A DNA stretch of 64,000 nucleotides, taken from Tubiluchus corallicola (taxonomy: Eukaryota > Animalia > Priapulida). The stretch is taken from contig JAQGDQ010000269.1 of NCBI GenBank assembly GCA_030141605.1, forward strand, positions 247,541-311,540. The letters run 5' to 3'. This document shows, one piece after another, positions 51,735-64,000 of this stretch; the first letter of the stretch is position 1, and each line of letters starts with the position of its first letter. The notes beneath the pieces were generated by a model that ran no database searches, was not told the DNA's origin, and worked only from the letters and a program-made list of their open reading frames with translations. A program made the translations under genes and the position numbers.

Positions 51735-51916
51735 TTACGTTTTATATCTAAAGAGAAGTCAATTTAGTCTCTATAAGGCATGGGAACTGTACAGTTTAGA
51801 AACTAATTTTGAACGGTGAAAGTGTATTTCACAGTTCAAAATTAGTTTCTAAACTGTACAGTTGCCATGCCTTATAGAGATTAAATTGACGGCTTCTCTT
51901 TAGATATAAAACGTAA
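51735..51916. repeat. Near-perfect palindrome (~88-bp arms, 5-nt loop)
   Basis: TTACGTTTTATATCTAAAGAGAAG...TTTTGAACGGTGAAA-GTGTA-TTTCACAGTTCAAAA...CTTCTCTTTAGATATAAAACGTAA. Confidence 0.93.
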
Positions 51917-52027
51917 AATGATTATTAAAGTTACAAAAACAATTTAATATTTCTGGGAGGTAACAGTAAATGAGATAATAATGCATTACTTGCATATTTT
52001 GGCTAGTTTATTGTATCGGAACATTAC

Positions 52028-52150
52028 AAATGACTCACGTGAAAGAATTATTTACGCAGAAGCGTTATTTTACGTTTACCTGTTTAGTTCCTGGCTGTTC
52101 CATGTATTTCGCCATTCGCTAGTTAGATGGGTACTAGCGCCTGCATTTTA
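52028..52150 (+). repeat. Dispersed repeat family, partial copy 3
   Basis: AATGACTCACGTGAAAGAATTATT...TTTCGCCATTCGCTAGTTAGATGG. Confidence 0.65.
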
Positions 52151-53424
52151 TTGCTTGAAAACACCTCACTGGTAAATTCAAGCAATAAACGCATCCATTC
52201 AGTAACCAAACAAAGTAATTACTTAGCCATAGCGAATAAGGATGTCAGTAACGCGGAAACATTAGTACTGGAGTGAACTTCGTTGTCATCATTCATGCAA
52301 ATGAAAATAACTCTAATTACACGTGTACATAATTGCACGCAAAGGTTACTTTAGGTACGTGAACTAAATACAAGTATAGTTAGCAAGCAAGTTAGTTAGC
52401 TATCGAGTTAAACATTTATAAATCAAAACTTGCGGGTTTATATGTGAACGATATATGAGAATAAACGATTACAAAGAAAAACGAATATTAGTAGCTAGAA
52501 AAATTAATTTGCACGTACAGCTTTGACACGTTTTGACAGCTTGAAAAACACGTTTTTACAAAAAATAGTTACAAAAAACTTTTGAAGTTTAAATAATCCT
52601 CTTCGCGATAGTTATCTCAATATCGTTACCGTTATTGTTGTTTTTGCTGACCGTTTTTGTTCTTTATTTTGATTTTATTTGCTGGATATATCGCTGTTAT
52701 AGTTGAGCCATAATTATCGATTATTAGATTAATCTGATTGTTGCTACTTTTAGTTCGATCTTACAAAAATTTCTAACGTTTGTTCTTTCTCCTTTACCTG
52801 TTTGTTATTGTTGTACTGCTGGTACTTTTTTCTCTCTTTTTTGTCTGCTCATCCGTTCAATGATCATTTTAATGCTTTTAAGAAACTTTTAGTGACATAG
52901 GATGGAGAGTCTTGCAAGTGTTCTCATTGTAATTATGTATAATGTTCTGCTAAATTTCTGTCTACCTGTGTATTCTGTGCAGCTTAAACCCCTATAATTT
53001 TAGTTAGGCTTTATTTTAAAAGTCAAATCAACTTTTATTGAGTGTTTTACAGGGTGAATGCTTTTATAGGTATATTTGTATTTATTAAATATTCTTTAAC
53101 AGTCGGTTGTAAAAGCTTGATAGCTTACGTTTATAGTTAGTATGATCCGCCTTAAAATAAACTATATTCTACCGTCTGTAGCCAGTCATTCGTCAATGAC
53201 AACGATGCATTTTAATTTGCTTTTATAAATTATGCCCGGTCCACATGACCAGTCAGAACACAAGCTGACATTCAAAACTCTGAAGGTTTCATTAAAATCA
53301 GTGTAAACTGAATGTGCTGATTATCGATTGCTATAATCCATATTACAGTGAGAGCCATCTGATCAGTTGAACAGATTCCGATGACTTGAAATGGACCAGT
53401 GTTGTTTAATTTTGAAGTTCTTCA

Positions 53425-53775
53425 AAGCGACAATGACAACAACAATAATGATGATGACGATGGTAAAGACAACAAAAGCAGCAAGCAAGCAGCTAATATG
53501 CAACAAGAATACCAACAACAGCAGCAACAGCAACTATAATTACGACGGCATCTATATTCACAACAACAACAAAAAGACAGAAGTAACAATGGTGACATAT
53601 GATGCTGCTGCTGCTGATGGTGATGATGATTGTAGTGATGGTGGTGGTAGGAATCACAACAAAAAAGAGCGAGCAAGAAACAGACAAATAACGATAACAA
53701 TGACAAATAACAAACAACAGACAAACAAACGAAGAGGAAGCGAGCAAAGAACAAATAAAAACAAATGTAACAATA
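53425..53775. repeat. Low-complexity mixed trinucleotide (AAC/GAT/GCA) tract
   Basis: Direct observation; explains the spurious ORFs at 53391-53956. Confidence 0.85.
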
Positions 53776-53814
53776 TGGCCCTCTGTAACTTGTTCGAGTA
53801 GGTTATATAAAATA

Positions 53815-54056
53815 TATTTTCGTAGTACAAAACTTTTCTTGTACCAATTTTCTCTGTATCGAATTTTCCTAGTGACAAACTTGTTCCGTACCATTTTACC
53901 TTGTACGCCAAGCTTCGTTTACCACATTTACTAGTACCGTATTTTCTCTGTACCAACTTTTCCCAGTATCATAATTACCGTGTACTAAATATTCCTAGTA
54001 TTTTCCCAGCACCAAAATTTCCTCGTATCATTATTACTCGGACCAAACTTACCTGT
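53815..54056 (+). repeat. ~15-bp-period degenerate tandem repeat (GTACCAA-TTTT-CTC type)
   Basis: GTAC/GTATC plus a pyrimidine run recurring about every 15 nt. Confidence 0.7.
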
Positions 54057-54499
54057 TACTGCACACCCTTCAAAGCATATTTAGCTTTCGTGACATAAAA
54101 ACATAAGATCAAATCAAAGAAAAAAAGTCACAATTCAGATGTTACTGTTATACAGTTGCATCAATATGTCAATATAACATCTGCCCAGCAGACCAGTAAA
54201 GGGATTGGTGAGTGGATGAGTGGCAGCAAATATGCAACATAAACAAAAAGATATTTTGTCATATTAATGTCATTTGTGGTGTCATTCGTCTTCTGACACG
54301 ACTTGTTACCTCTTCACTCCATGTTGCCCTGTCTCCTGAAATATCCTATTGTTATTGGTATTACATTTAGTAGCAAAGAATTCACGTGACGTTTTGTTGC
54401 TGTTTTTCAGTGCGCCTTCCTGCAAGTTACGGAAAATATAGCAATAAACGTTCAAGTTTAAAGTTTGCGATGGAAAGATTTTAAAACAGTGAACCAAAA

Positions 54500-55117
54500 A
54501 TGACAAAATTCGCTCGCACTCGCTTGATTAAGTACATTCTGGCATTTATTACTATATTGGCAATAACAAAAGCTGATGATCCTGCTGATAATGATGTACT
54601 TAATGACAGTTATAACCTTACCAAAACAGTCACACATCACGAAGATGCTCTTCCTGAATTTGATAAAAATGACGATGCTGCCGTAACGAGTTTGCCACAA
54701 AAAGATCGTGACCAGAGAAACCACTATAGCCATAGCAGTTCTGGTCATCACGCGGGGGCTTCAAATCGCACAATTCACGAAAGTTCGATTTTTATAGCCG
54801 AAATTTTTAACAAATACGGACGCGAACACGTGATGGACTTCGAAGGTTTCGAACACCTGCTGGCTAACCTTGGCTTGACCAGTTTCACCCTGAATGATCA
54901 CACGATGTTCGAACACTTACAGTCAAATGAATCTCTCCATTCCTCGCATAATCATACCTCGGAAAACGACCTGGAACCAGGAGAAGTGAGAGAAGAAAGT
55001 GCTGTGAGGAAAAAGCGCTACACGCATCTACCCAAAGGGAATCACTTAGGATCTCGACATGGTCATCCTGATATAACTCCAGATAATGACAACGTAATTT
55101 TAACACTACAAAAACAG
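54500..55117 (+). CDS. SLC39A10: ZIP transporter coding exon 1 (signal peptide, His-rich ectodomain)
   Basis: ATG at 54500; upstream acceptor TTTTTCAG| at 54410; CAG|GTATTC donor. Confidence 0.88.
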
Positions 55118-58100
55118 GTATTCGCATATAATTATCATTGTAATTATACAAGAATGTTTATTTTCTTATTTCAAAAGGTAGATTATAATATTTAGATAAA
55201 AAGTGTTGTGCATATGTGAACAATTAAAAACCGTTTAACAAGTGGGCTTGGGGCACAATATAGACTAAAGACATTAGCCTAAAAACTATACTATGGCCTA
55301 AGCATAAAATCATTATTGCAGCGCGTGTAATTTGTTGTTGCTTAGGTATAAATTTTTGCCAACTTTCAAACTTTTGCATAGTATCTTACTGTACCTCCAT
55401 TTCTTGAGCGGCCAATGGCCTTGTTTTGGGTGTCTTAAAATACGAGTTGCAAACATTAACCCCTTCTCAAATCGTTTTAGTCAGCTATCTTTGACTTCTT
55501 GGCCTGATACTGCAGGTCGTAACCCTTAAATTACTGTGTGTAATTATTGTATTAACTTAAATTACTGTATTAACCCACAACCTGTCTACAGATTCACAAC
55601 TTCTAATTGTGTATGAAGTGTTGCTGAAACGCGAGGCTTTACCGCTCCGCCGGTCATTGAGCGTTTTTCCCGTACTTTTAACGCAAGGTTTCTTATATTT
55701 ACCAAATCTCCATCTACATGGAGGCGTGACCCAGACGCGGCTAAGTTTTTAGGTGCGTTGTTTTGGGGACACGCAAGTGGTAATTTTCCCATCGTTATCT
55801 ACGTAGTAGATTTGAAGACTTTGGTATGACCATAACTTCACTGAGGCAGTAACCTATTCATATTTTCAATCATTGCTGGTCAGAAACAACAAATGGGTGT
55901 CTTTGTGCAGCTGTTTGTTTTATTAGTAGCATCTTATCACACAAGATATACAGCGTTTATCATTTTATTGGTTTAGACATAATAAATACGTTTCCTCAAA
56001 TTAACTCATAACCTTCGTCTTGGTAGAGGCGTTTGTAAAAGAGTTGCGTCATTTTATGTTATGTTTTTTTTTTATTTATTTTCACATTCATAAAAAAATA
56101 TACATAAAAAATAACTGTAAAACAATAGAAATATGAATGTGGGAAGAGAGGTAAAGAGACAAGCTGCATACATCTGTCGTACACAAGCCATTTATCAAAA
56201 TTCAAAATCTTCAATCTATTTTTGAAAAGTTGAGCATTGCCTGTATTGACGAAAGGTGCATCATTTACCGAACTGAGTAGGGAATTCCATATAATCAAAC
56301 AATACGGTTAGAGAAGAAACCCATAACCTTTCTTATTCGTTCTACGAACACACAGCTTGAGACTATGGTTATTTTTGCCGTATCATTGAGAGCTCTTGTA
56401 TAAAAATTTCGGGATCTAAATCAACATCCCTATGAATTATTTTATTACACATGACCAAATCGTTTAGTAGATTGTAACTCGGTTACGTCTCTTCTCATAC
56501 AGCCATAAATTTCCGTCCAAGACGCTAAATAATCGCCTCTATGACGTTTTTTCTTTATTGTGTTCCTGCAATGAGCAAAAAATGGCCATTTTTGGAGGCT
56601 TTTCATCGCCCTTCCTAGAGCCACACCATTTGATGTCGGGCTTTTTCCCTACCTCAGAAGTCAGCATAGGAATGAACGTATACGATAGGAACTTATGCTG
56701 CTGTGCACACTTTCACAAACTATCACATCTTGCTCATATTTTTTATAACTTTATTGTCGCTGCAGATAATGAAATCTAATGTGACTTTGAAGCCAGTAAT
56801 TTCAGTTTTATATATTTTACAAACTAAGGAGTGGTTGATAGTTGTCCATTTTTCATTTCTGCCATCACGCATGAGAGGACATATCAATAGTTTAAATAGA
56901 TTAATATAATGGCTGACCGAAGGGAGCATGTAATACATATTAAATGAACTTTCAAATCAAAAATTTTCTCTGTGAAATTCGACTGCGTAGAGAATTCTTA
57001 GCTTGCATATTTATTATTTTTTGCTGGCTGGCAAAATGGTGGTGTCAAGACGCCAGATTAAATCATATGGCAAACTAACCGTGATTAAGCGGCTCAAAAT
57101 CTTGAAGCCCATTAACTTCGTTTTATGCCGACTTATGCGATTTTACCCATGGCCATTACAGACCACTACATTATCTTCTGAGTCACAGTAGTTATGAAAC
57201 AACATATTTGAAAACTTGCTACTTCCATACAAATGTTGAGTTAAAATTTTACGCCAGTAGTTGTAGAAAAATAAAAGAAATAAATTCGGGCTTCGGAGAT
57301 CGGATGCTACATATCGCTCTTATCTCTAGTAACTTCTTTCATTCAAAACTGAATGTTGTCGAGTGGCGCTATTGTCTGGACTGAAACTTAGCCTACGTAT
57401 TAAAAAATAAAAGGTCGAGTTCGGAGATCGGATCAACCTGTCGCTCCCGTCTCGCAAACGGGCGCATGCACAGTTACAGCTGGGTTCATCACAGTGTAAA
57501 TCATAGCTTACCCTCCTATTACCTATTCTGTGGTTCTCCGGTTCACAGCTGGCTGCACGATGCACCTTGTGGCTTACAACAGTGAACGGCTGATCGTTGA
57601 AAGGATAAGCCCTTGCTGAGGCAACATTTGCTTGACTGAAGAAGCAAGGATCTACCACAACTCTTCCCAATAAACTTAATCTTATCAAAATGTATATATG
57701 AGCAAATAACTTCTAAAACAACAACTTGTGGCGTCTTAGTTGCGTTGTGAAGCTTCTATTAAACAACTTAGTTACAACGTTTAACGTTATTTTCCATTAT
57801 GTTATCAAGTTGCTATGAAAGCCAAGTCAAACATTTGTTCAAAATTATCAGCAATGGGACCAGAATTTTATTGTTTTGTCAAATGCAAATGTCAAATATT
57901 AATTTTTGTCAACTGCAATCTTGAAAATGTGCGCCAGAACCTAGTTTGATTTTCAAATGGTTGTAAATAATTAAATATCGTTTCAACGGTTTGTTAGGCT
58001 TCGGAATGGAATAAATGTGATTGATCCATTCTGTAGACGATACTTACACCGGCTTTCCGAGTTACATAAGCTCCGCTGACATCGTTTAAATATGATTATA

Positions 58101-61100
58101 ATCAGAAAAATACCGTAAAACTAACTATTTCAGGATACTAATATTACATTGATATGTAACATAAATTTTGACCACATTTAAACTTATTGAGGTTTATAAA
58201 ATACTGACCAGGAAAGAAACAATTTGCCTGAAATATCGTTAATTTAGTCGTGGATTCAAAAACTAGAGGACATAGTCCAAAACTTTTTATGAGCGGTCAT
58301 GTCTGTCTCGACATTTGTAAACATTTATTTATCGTGAGAGAAGTTAACCAATGAAATAATTTGCGTGCCATGGTGATTACTGCACCAATCCTAGTAAAGT
58401 GTAAATCATTAACTGACGGTTACTGTGTGGAAAAATTTTGGGTTTGTATGAATGTGCTCGCTTAACCTTTAATTGTGATAGTATAACAGTATAACATGGC
58501 TGACAAATTGCAGCTGCTGTTCATGTACAGAAAAAACTGCAACGCGTAGCTTCTGGAGGTGTGTGGAAAATTACACACGGTGATTGGGCCGTCAGCAGAA
58601 CTCGAGTGAGCAAGATTGACGGTCTGCTTGACGTTAACCAGACATGGGTATCTTTTACAAATACAATACCTCTAGCAGGATGCAGAGCTACCAACATTTT
58701 TTGGGGGAATGTTTTTCTCTAGGCCAGATTGCGATCTTCTGGGCCCATGGGCTAATGAAATTGTGGGGCCCCTCAGGCGGAGCCATCCTCTAACTTTCTC
58801 TCACTCGTCTTGAATAATTTTTGGTGACATTTACATAGATTGAAATAAACTCATTGCAATTTCTTTAAATAATTTAGAATAGCTAATTTTTGTTTGTCAA
58901 TAAAATATTCTTTAAGAAATCCGCTATTTTACCGTCATCACCATCGTCGTCACCGTCGTCGTCATTATTTTTGCTAAGAAGCTTCAATATTGGTGCGTGG
59001 ACTGACATGCTGTATAGTTAGCACAAACATATAGACGTTTGCCTTTGAGAACACTTAATCCTAGGGTTGACTTTTGCGGGCTGGAAGTTAATGCAGACAT
59101 AACAGCTATACTACTAATTTGCAATATCTTTACCCCGTTGGAGTGCATAATTATTTCTTTTTCTTCTGGTTTATCGATTATTCTTTAGTTTTTGTTCATT
59201 TGTTCACTTTGTTTATATAATTTTAATGTTTCACATTCTTTCATTACAGTGTCTGTCACCGGATGAAATTCTATCCCAATTTAATATTCACACTTATGAC
59301 TCTATCAGCGAGCATATCTTTTTGCACATCTGCCCAGCGGTCATCTATGAGCTGGACATTGCAAACTGCATGCAGAAATTTAAGCGGGAGCTGGAAGATG
59401 AAGAGCCAGAGGGGCATGCAGAGATCGTTCACGTGACAAAAAGAAAAATAACTGATATTCCCATGAATGGTAAGAAATATAGGTGGGGGGGGGGTCACAG
59501 GGGTGCAACATTATTTGGACCTGAGATCTTGAAAAATATGTATTCAGCTGGACTAAATTTGTAAAAGGTATTTGTAAAAGGTAATGCTAAAATTGCTTTT
59601 ACAAAATGACCTATTAGCTCCCACTTGCCTGCAATAGAAACCGGTAGGAGCCATAAACCTAATAAAATCCTAGCCAATGAAATATTTCGTACTCAGTGCG
59701 ACCCAAACAAACAAAAAGTAAAAGACACATGCTCTTACACTGTTACTAGATACGAACAGCTAAGAAACACCCTTTATACGGAAATTATTTCTATGTATCC
59801 AAACTTTACCCTACACTTATCAGATGATGTCAAACTAAAATTATTATCACGTTCAAGTGATTCAGAAATTCTTCAAATTTCTTGTAATTTTACTTTAAAA
59901 TGTATCAATTCTAGGATATAATTATTATAACTTCTAAAAACGAACCATAAAATATAACTAAGATCGTTTATGTAAACCAAATACTATATGTGTATATAAC
60001 CGTATGTATATATGTATATTTATGTTACCCTATTGGGTCTATACATGAAAGTTTGATGCTTTGTCTTTAGTTTAAATTATTGTGTTTAATTTGTATTATT
60101 GTGTTGTTACTAATGTATGTTTAATTGCGTTATATATGTATGTATTTATATTTTTGTAAACAGTGACTGTGTGAATAGTAATTACCTAATAAGCATTTGG
60201 AAGTGTGGATTTAAGTGCCCTGATGTTCTTCTAAGAAGACCAGACATAGTGTAAGTGTTAACAGTTTTCTTCTTTCATGTCCTGCAGATATGCAGGCCAA
60301 GTATAATCCCAATTTATACACATTTTTATTGTTAATTCAAAGTAAAATACGTGAATAATACATGTTTAGATAAGAACAGGTTCCTGTAATTCCGGGAAAC
60401 CTCAGATCAAAATTTTAGAGGTTTGCTAAAATTTTAAGCAAAAGAATGAAATATGTAAAATGTTGAAGTTCCATAAAAAGTTCAATGTGTACAATCTTGA
60501 GTACAAACAATGCAAAAGTAGAAAGACAGGTTTGTTAACAAGCATCGAACATAGTTTTTGTTAAGCTGAACTCAGAAAAACAAGCAGGACACTTGTTTGA
60601 GTTGAAAATGGTGTAAAGTATTTGACTAAACGGCTCGTTTCCCAAGTTGGGTATTTAAGAATCAGACTCAGAGGCACCATTTTGGTTTTTTGTCAAATGC
60701 AAGCTCAAATATTCAAAAATGATTTGAAATTTTGTTTTGAGATGTATTTTAATAGTTTCCAAATTAAATTCTAGCATATTTAGATGCTTTATTTTGCAGA
60801 TCTATGTTAAATTTTGCCAAATTATAATGATTTAAAGAGTTTTGCCATTTTCAATGGTGGCCATTTTTAATTTGACCTCTGACAGCCCTCAAAGATCAAA
60901 TCTGATTTCCCTCCTCATTTAAAATAAAAACGTTATGGTGTCCCCTATCTATGTTAGAAATTGCAAAAAAAATTCTCAAAAAGTGCACAATTGTTTGTAA
61001 CATGACAGCTTATCCGCTGCACAAGTTAAGGGTTAGGGGTTGTTTGTTGCGATAGTCACTCTGGCAAATTACGAAAAATTGAGATATATAACCAAACCAG

Positions 61101-61479
61101 TATGATATCATAATTATTACAGATGCTTTGCATTCGAGAACTTCTACTCCTAAGTTTGGTATCAGCATTTCTTGAAATTAATGCGCAAGCTGGACGTGCC
61201 AGATCCAAGCACATACAATTTAGGCAAACAACCAAAAGCACATACAATTTAGGCAAACAATCAAAAGCACATACATTTCTATTAAGTAATCTATTTATTC
61301 TTATTACAGTTTGGGGAGCTGCCATGGTAGCCATTTTTATCATTTCATCTGCTGGACTCCTGGTAGTGGCAGTTGTTCCGTTGTTAGATAAGGCTTTTTA
61401 TCAATTCATCTTACACTTTTTGGTTTCTTTGGCTGTTGGATCACTTTCAGGCGATGCGTTACTTCATCTGTTTCCTCAC
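54500..61479 (+). CDS. SLC39A10: LIV-1 subfamily ZIP zinc transporter, SLC39A6/SLC39A10-like (3' partial; 336 aa in window)
   Basis: Exons 54500-55117, 59250-59469, 61310-61479, phase-consistent. Signal peptide, His-rich ectodomain, IFNKYG...MDFEGFEHLLANLGL, CLS...CPAVIYELD (CPALLY-type motif), first TM segments and LAVGSLSGDALLHLFPH. ZIP6 versus ZIP10 cannot be resolved. Confidence 0.88.
56060..56475 (-). mobile_element. CR1 LINE 3' remnant
   Basis: Minus strand reads KIIH.DVDLDP...HSLKL...FFSNRIV..WNSL...FKNRL, followed by an A-rich tail. Confidence 0.7.
58354..58668 (+). repeat. Direct repeat, copy 1 (copy 2 at 63686-64000)
   Basis: 58502-58668 identical by eye to 63834-64000; the upstream part is diverged. 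Confidence 0.93.
59250..59469 (+). CDS. SLC39A10: ZIP transporter coding exon 2 (CPAVIY prion-like/PAL domain)
   Basis: TTACAG| acceptor, G|GTAAGA donor. Confidence 0.9.
59560..60350 (+). mobile_element. L2/CR1-group LINE 3' remnant
   Basis: FTK*PISSHLPAIETGR...YEQLR resembles the LINE C-terminal RISSH.L.IETGR motif; AT-rich 3' UTR. Confidence 0.7.
61310..61479 (+). CDS. SLC39A10: ZIP transporter coding exon 3 (TM1-TM2)
   Basis: TTACAG| acceptor, CAC|GTATGT donor. Confidence 0.9.
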
Positions 61480-63329
61480 GTATGTATATAGGTTATTTTT
61501 ACTAATTATGTTCCAAAAGAAATAGTACAGTAGAATTATGCTGATATGCAGCATATGATATGAGGGACATCACCTTTGTGATATAGGGCGCTTTCGTTAT
61601 TACACCACAAACACTTTTTTGCTACTAATTTCTAATACGTGCTGACACGTGGGTTCAGTGAACCTTTCCATTTAAGCATAGTTCACAGACATGTATTTCG
61701 AATAGAAGCAAACAAAACAGTTTTTAATATTACTGATAAATCTTTGGTTTAATGAGATAACAAGAACTAAAAACAATTCACTTAAATCCAAAACAACAAC
61801 AAAGTTGTTATAATTACGAACCTCGTTTATAGATAACCTACGATAAACAGAAGACTAGTTAGCCCCAACGTAGTTACTCTTCCAAAGCTCGGGCAGGGGG
61901 TGGAATCTTACGTGGCCACTTCTACAATGCTTGTCAGGTGTACCGGAGTCGTAAGTGGTTACTTCTCCAATCCTGGTGGAGTGCAGTGGAACTACCATTG
62001 ATACAACGTCTCACGGCTCGAACACCTAACCCTTTGGTGTGTCAGTACCCTTTAATCACTTTCTGTCGTCACAGTAATTAAGTCTTGACTTCGACTGCTA
62101 ATAAATGTTCGTCGGAAACCATATTCGACGACTTCACTGGCTTAGCACAATCGAAACTCTGCGTTGAACCAGGTTTCAATTTCTAGAACAGGTAAAACTG
62201 GATGACCTTGTCCTTTAACACGACGATTTATTGGCTAGATAGCCTGTTCAGTTGAGCGTATGACCAATCACTTTTTTTCTTGTAAAGGAGATCTAGGGAC
62301 AGGTATGAGGTGGGACCCTTCTCAGACCTAGCTAGGTGCATGCTCATATAAGTACAGTCACAACTTGCTTTATTGTAGTAGATAAATTCGCTTAATGAGC
62401 AATTAACCAATGACTCATTCAATTAACATAAGCAGTTAGCTAAATTAAGCTATTAATGCAGCCTAAGTATGGGACATACACAAAATGATACTAGAATACC
62501 GTTCAACTATATTGAAAGGGGTTGCAATGCTCTTCGGTAGTTCTTATATTCCAGACTGACGTCACGTACGTCACACAGCATTTTTGAAATAAGCTACTTG
62601 ATGTGTGTACATAAACTCATGAAAAGAAAACAATTAACAAAGTTCTTTGGTTGCACAGTATTATTAGTCAGTGACGAAGAAGATATAGTATCAAGCAACA
62701 GGTGAATTTTTTAGAATACAAACAAATAACATATGTACGTATATATATGCATGTAATTTATCGATGAAATCAAATTATATCTATACATGAACAACGAGGT
62801 AAATGCCACAATCTGTACATTAGTGATTTTTGTCTAAATGTCACTTTGCGCACATTTTCTACTCAATGTTACAACATTTAACACAGCGTTATGCCTACAA
62901 GGTACTATTTAAATTTTTTAAAGAACACGGTGGTAAATCTATAGCGAAACACCTATATGCAGAACTGAAATTACACCATATATATAATTCATTTCATACT
63001 AATTAACAAGTCAGCATAAAATATGAAAAATTTCATGACATATTATGTACGAATTAGGGTGCTCAGAGAAGTGAGTTAAATCAGCAAAGGTTACATTATC
63101 GTAGCGGTTTCTAATATTAGATGTTCTCAGTTTGAATGTCCCAGCAAGGACATAACCTATTTTCTCTTGGCTGTCGCGCCCATCTACTTATTTCTATTCG
63201 CAACCGATGTGTCTGAAGACGCATTCTTGTAAAGCTTATCCAATGATGCTCAAATGCTGTCGATTTAAAACGTTTGGAGACTGGGGTTCAATGCCAAGTT
63301 CAATTGTAATTTCAATTCCATACATAATG

Positions 63330-63700
63330 TTTAAAAACATTAAAAATGTAACGAACAATATTATACAATTTTAAATTAAACATACATCAACAACACAATA
63401 ATACAAATTACATACAATAATTTAAACTAAGGCAAAACATCAAACTTTCATGTATCGGCCCAATGGCATAACATAAACATATATATATTCAAGGTAGTTA
63501 CATGCACATATAGCATTTAATTTACAGAAATGATATTAGTTAAATATAATGCATTTTAAATTTATAATAATTACATCTTGGTGCTGAAACATTTTAAAAC
63601 AAAATTTCAAACAATTTGAATCATTTAGCCTAATAATAATTTTAGTTTGACATCATCTGATAAGTAAACAAAGTTTGGATACATAGAAATAATTTGCGTA
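63330..63700 (-). mobile_element. Inverted copy of the same LINE 3' region as 59780-60170
   Basis: AATTTTAGTTTGACATCATCTGATAAGT...AAAGTTTGGATACATAGAAATAATTT is the reverse complement of 59786-59845; CATCAAACTTTCATGTAT pairs with 60041-60058. Confidence 0.8.
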
Positions 63701-64000
63701 CCATGGCATTACTGCACCTAACTAGTAAAGTAAACTATTAACTGATTGAAGGCTGTGGAAAAATTCTTGGGTTTGTATGAATGTAAGCCGCTTAACCTTT
63801 AATTGGTGATATATAACAGTATAATATGTATTGGACAAATTGCAGCTGCTGTTCATGTACAGAAAAAACTGCAACGCGTAGCTTCTGGAGGTGTGTGGAA
63901 AATTACACACGGTGATTGGGCCGTCAGCAGAACTCGAGTGAGCAAGATTGACGGTCTGCTTGACGTTAACCAGACATGGGTATCTTTTACAAATACAATA
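63686..64000 (+). repeat. Direct repeat, copy 2 (runs to window end)
   Basis: Matches 58354-58668. Confidence 0.93.

Noticed and set aside
53391-53956. Overlapping 100-136 aa ORFs
   Set aside because: Products of low-complexity trinucleotide tracts.
52335-54066. MRE-like TGCRCNC motifs upstream of the zinc transporter
   Set aside because: Only isolated hits, as expected by chance; the promoter position is unknown.
60360-61025. Possible Academ-like transposon end (TTATCCGCTGCAC)
   Set aside because: No matching left TIR or TSD found.
61208-61278. 29-bp tandem duplication just before ZIP exon 3
   Set aside because: Real but does not include the splice site, so it is not counted as a junction array.

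Overview
AT-rich, intron-rich animal (probably invertebrate) genomic DNA, not prokaryotic. Three + strand spliced genes can be assembled by hand with GT-AG introns and consistent reading phases. (1) A kinesin-8 KIF18A-like gene: 5' end outside the window, 19 coding exons, 1..16457. (2) A CCDC91/p56-like Golgi coiled-coil gene: 11 coding exons, 29705..44695, start exon not found. (3) The first three coding exons of a LIV-1 family zinc transporter (SLC39A6/10-like), 54500..61479, continuing past the window. Introns and intergenic DNA carry CR1/L2-group LINE fragments, pogo/Tigger-, hAT- and Kolobok-like MITEs, a decayed Merlin-like transposase, foldback palindromes and microsatellites. The most unusual signal is in the kinesin gene, where splice junctions are tandemly amplified into the neighbouring intron at three places: a 40-bp acceptor array, a ~35-bp donor array and a 53-bp acceptor duplication. 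This produces rows of decoy splice sites, non-productive wherever the frame was checked. All calls come from manual reading; no database searches were run.
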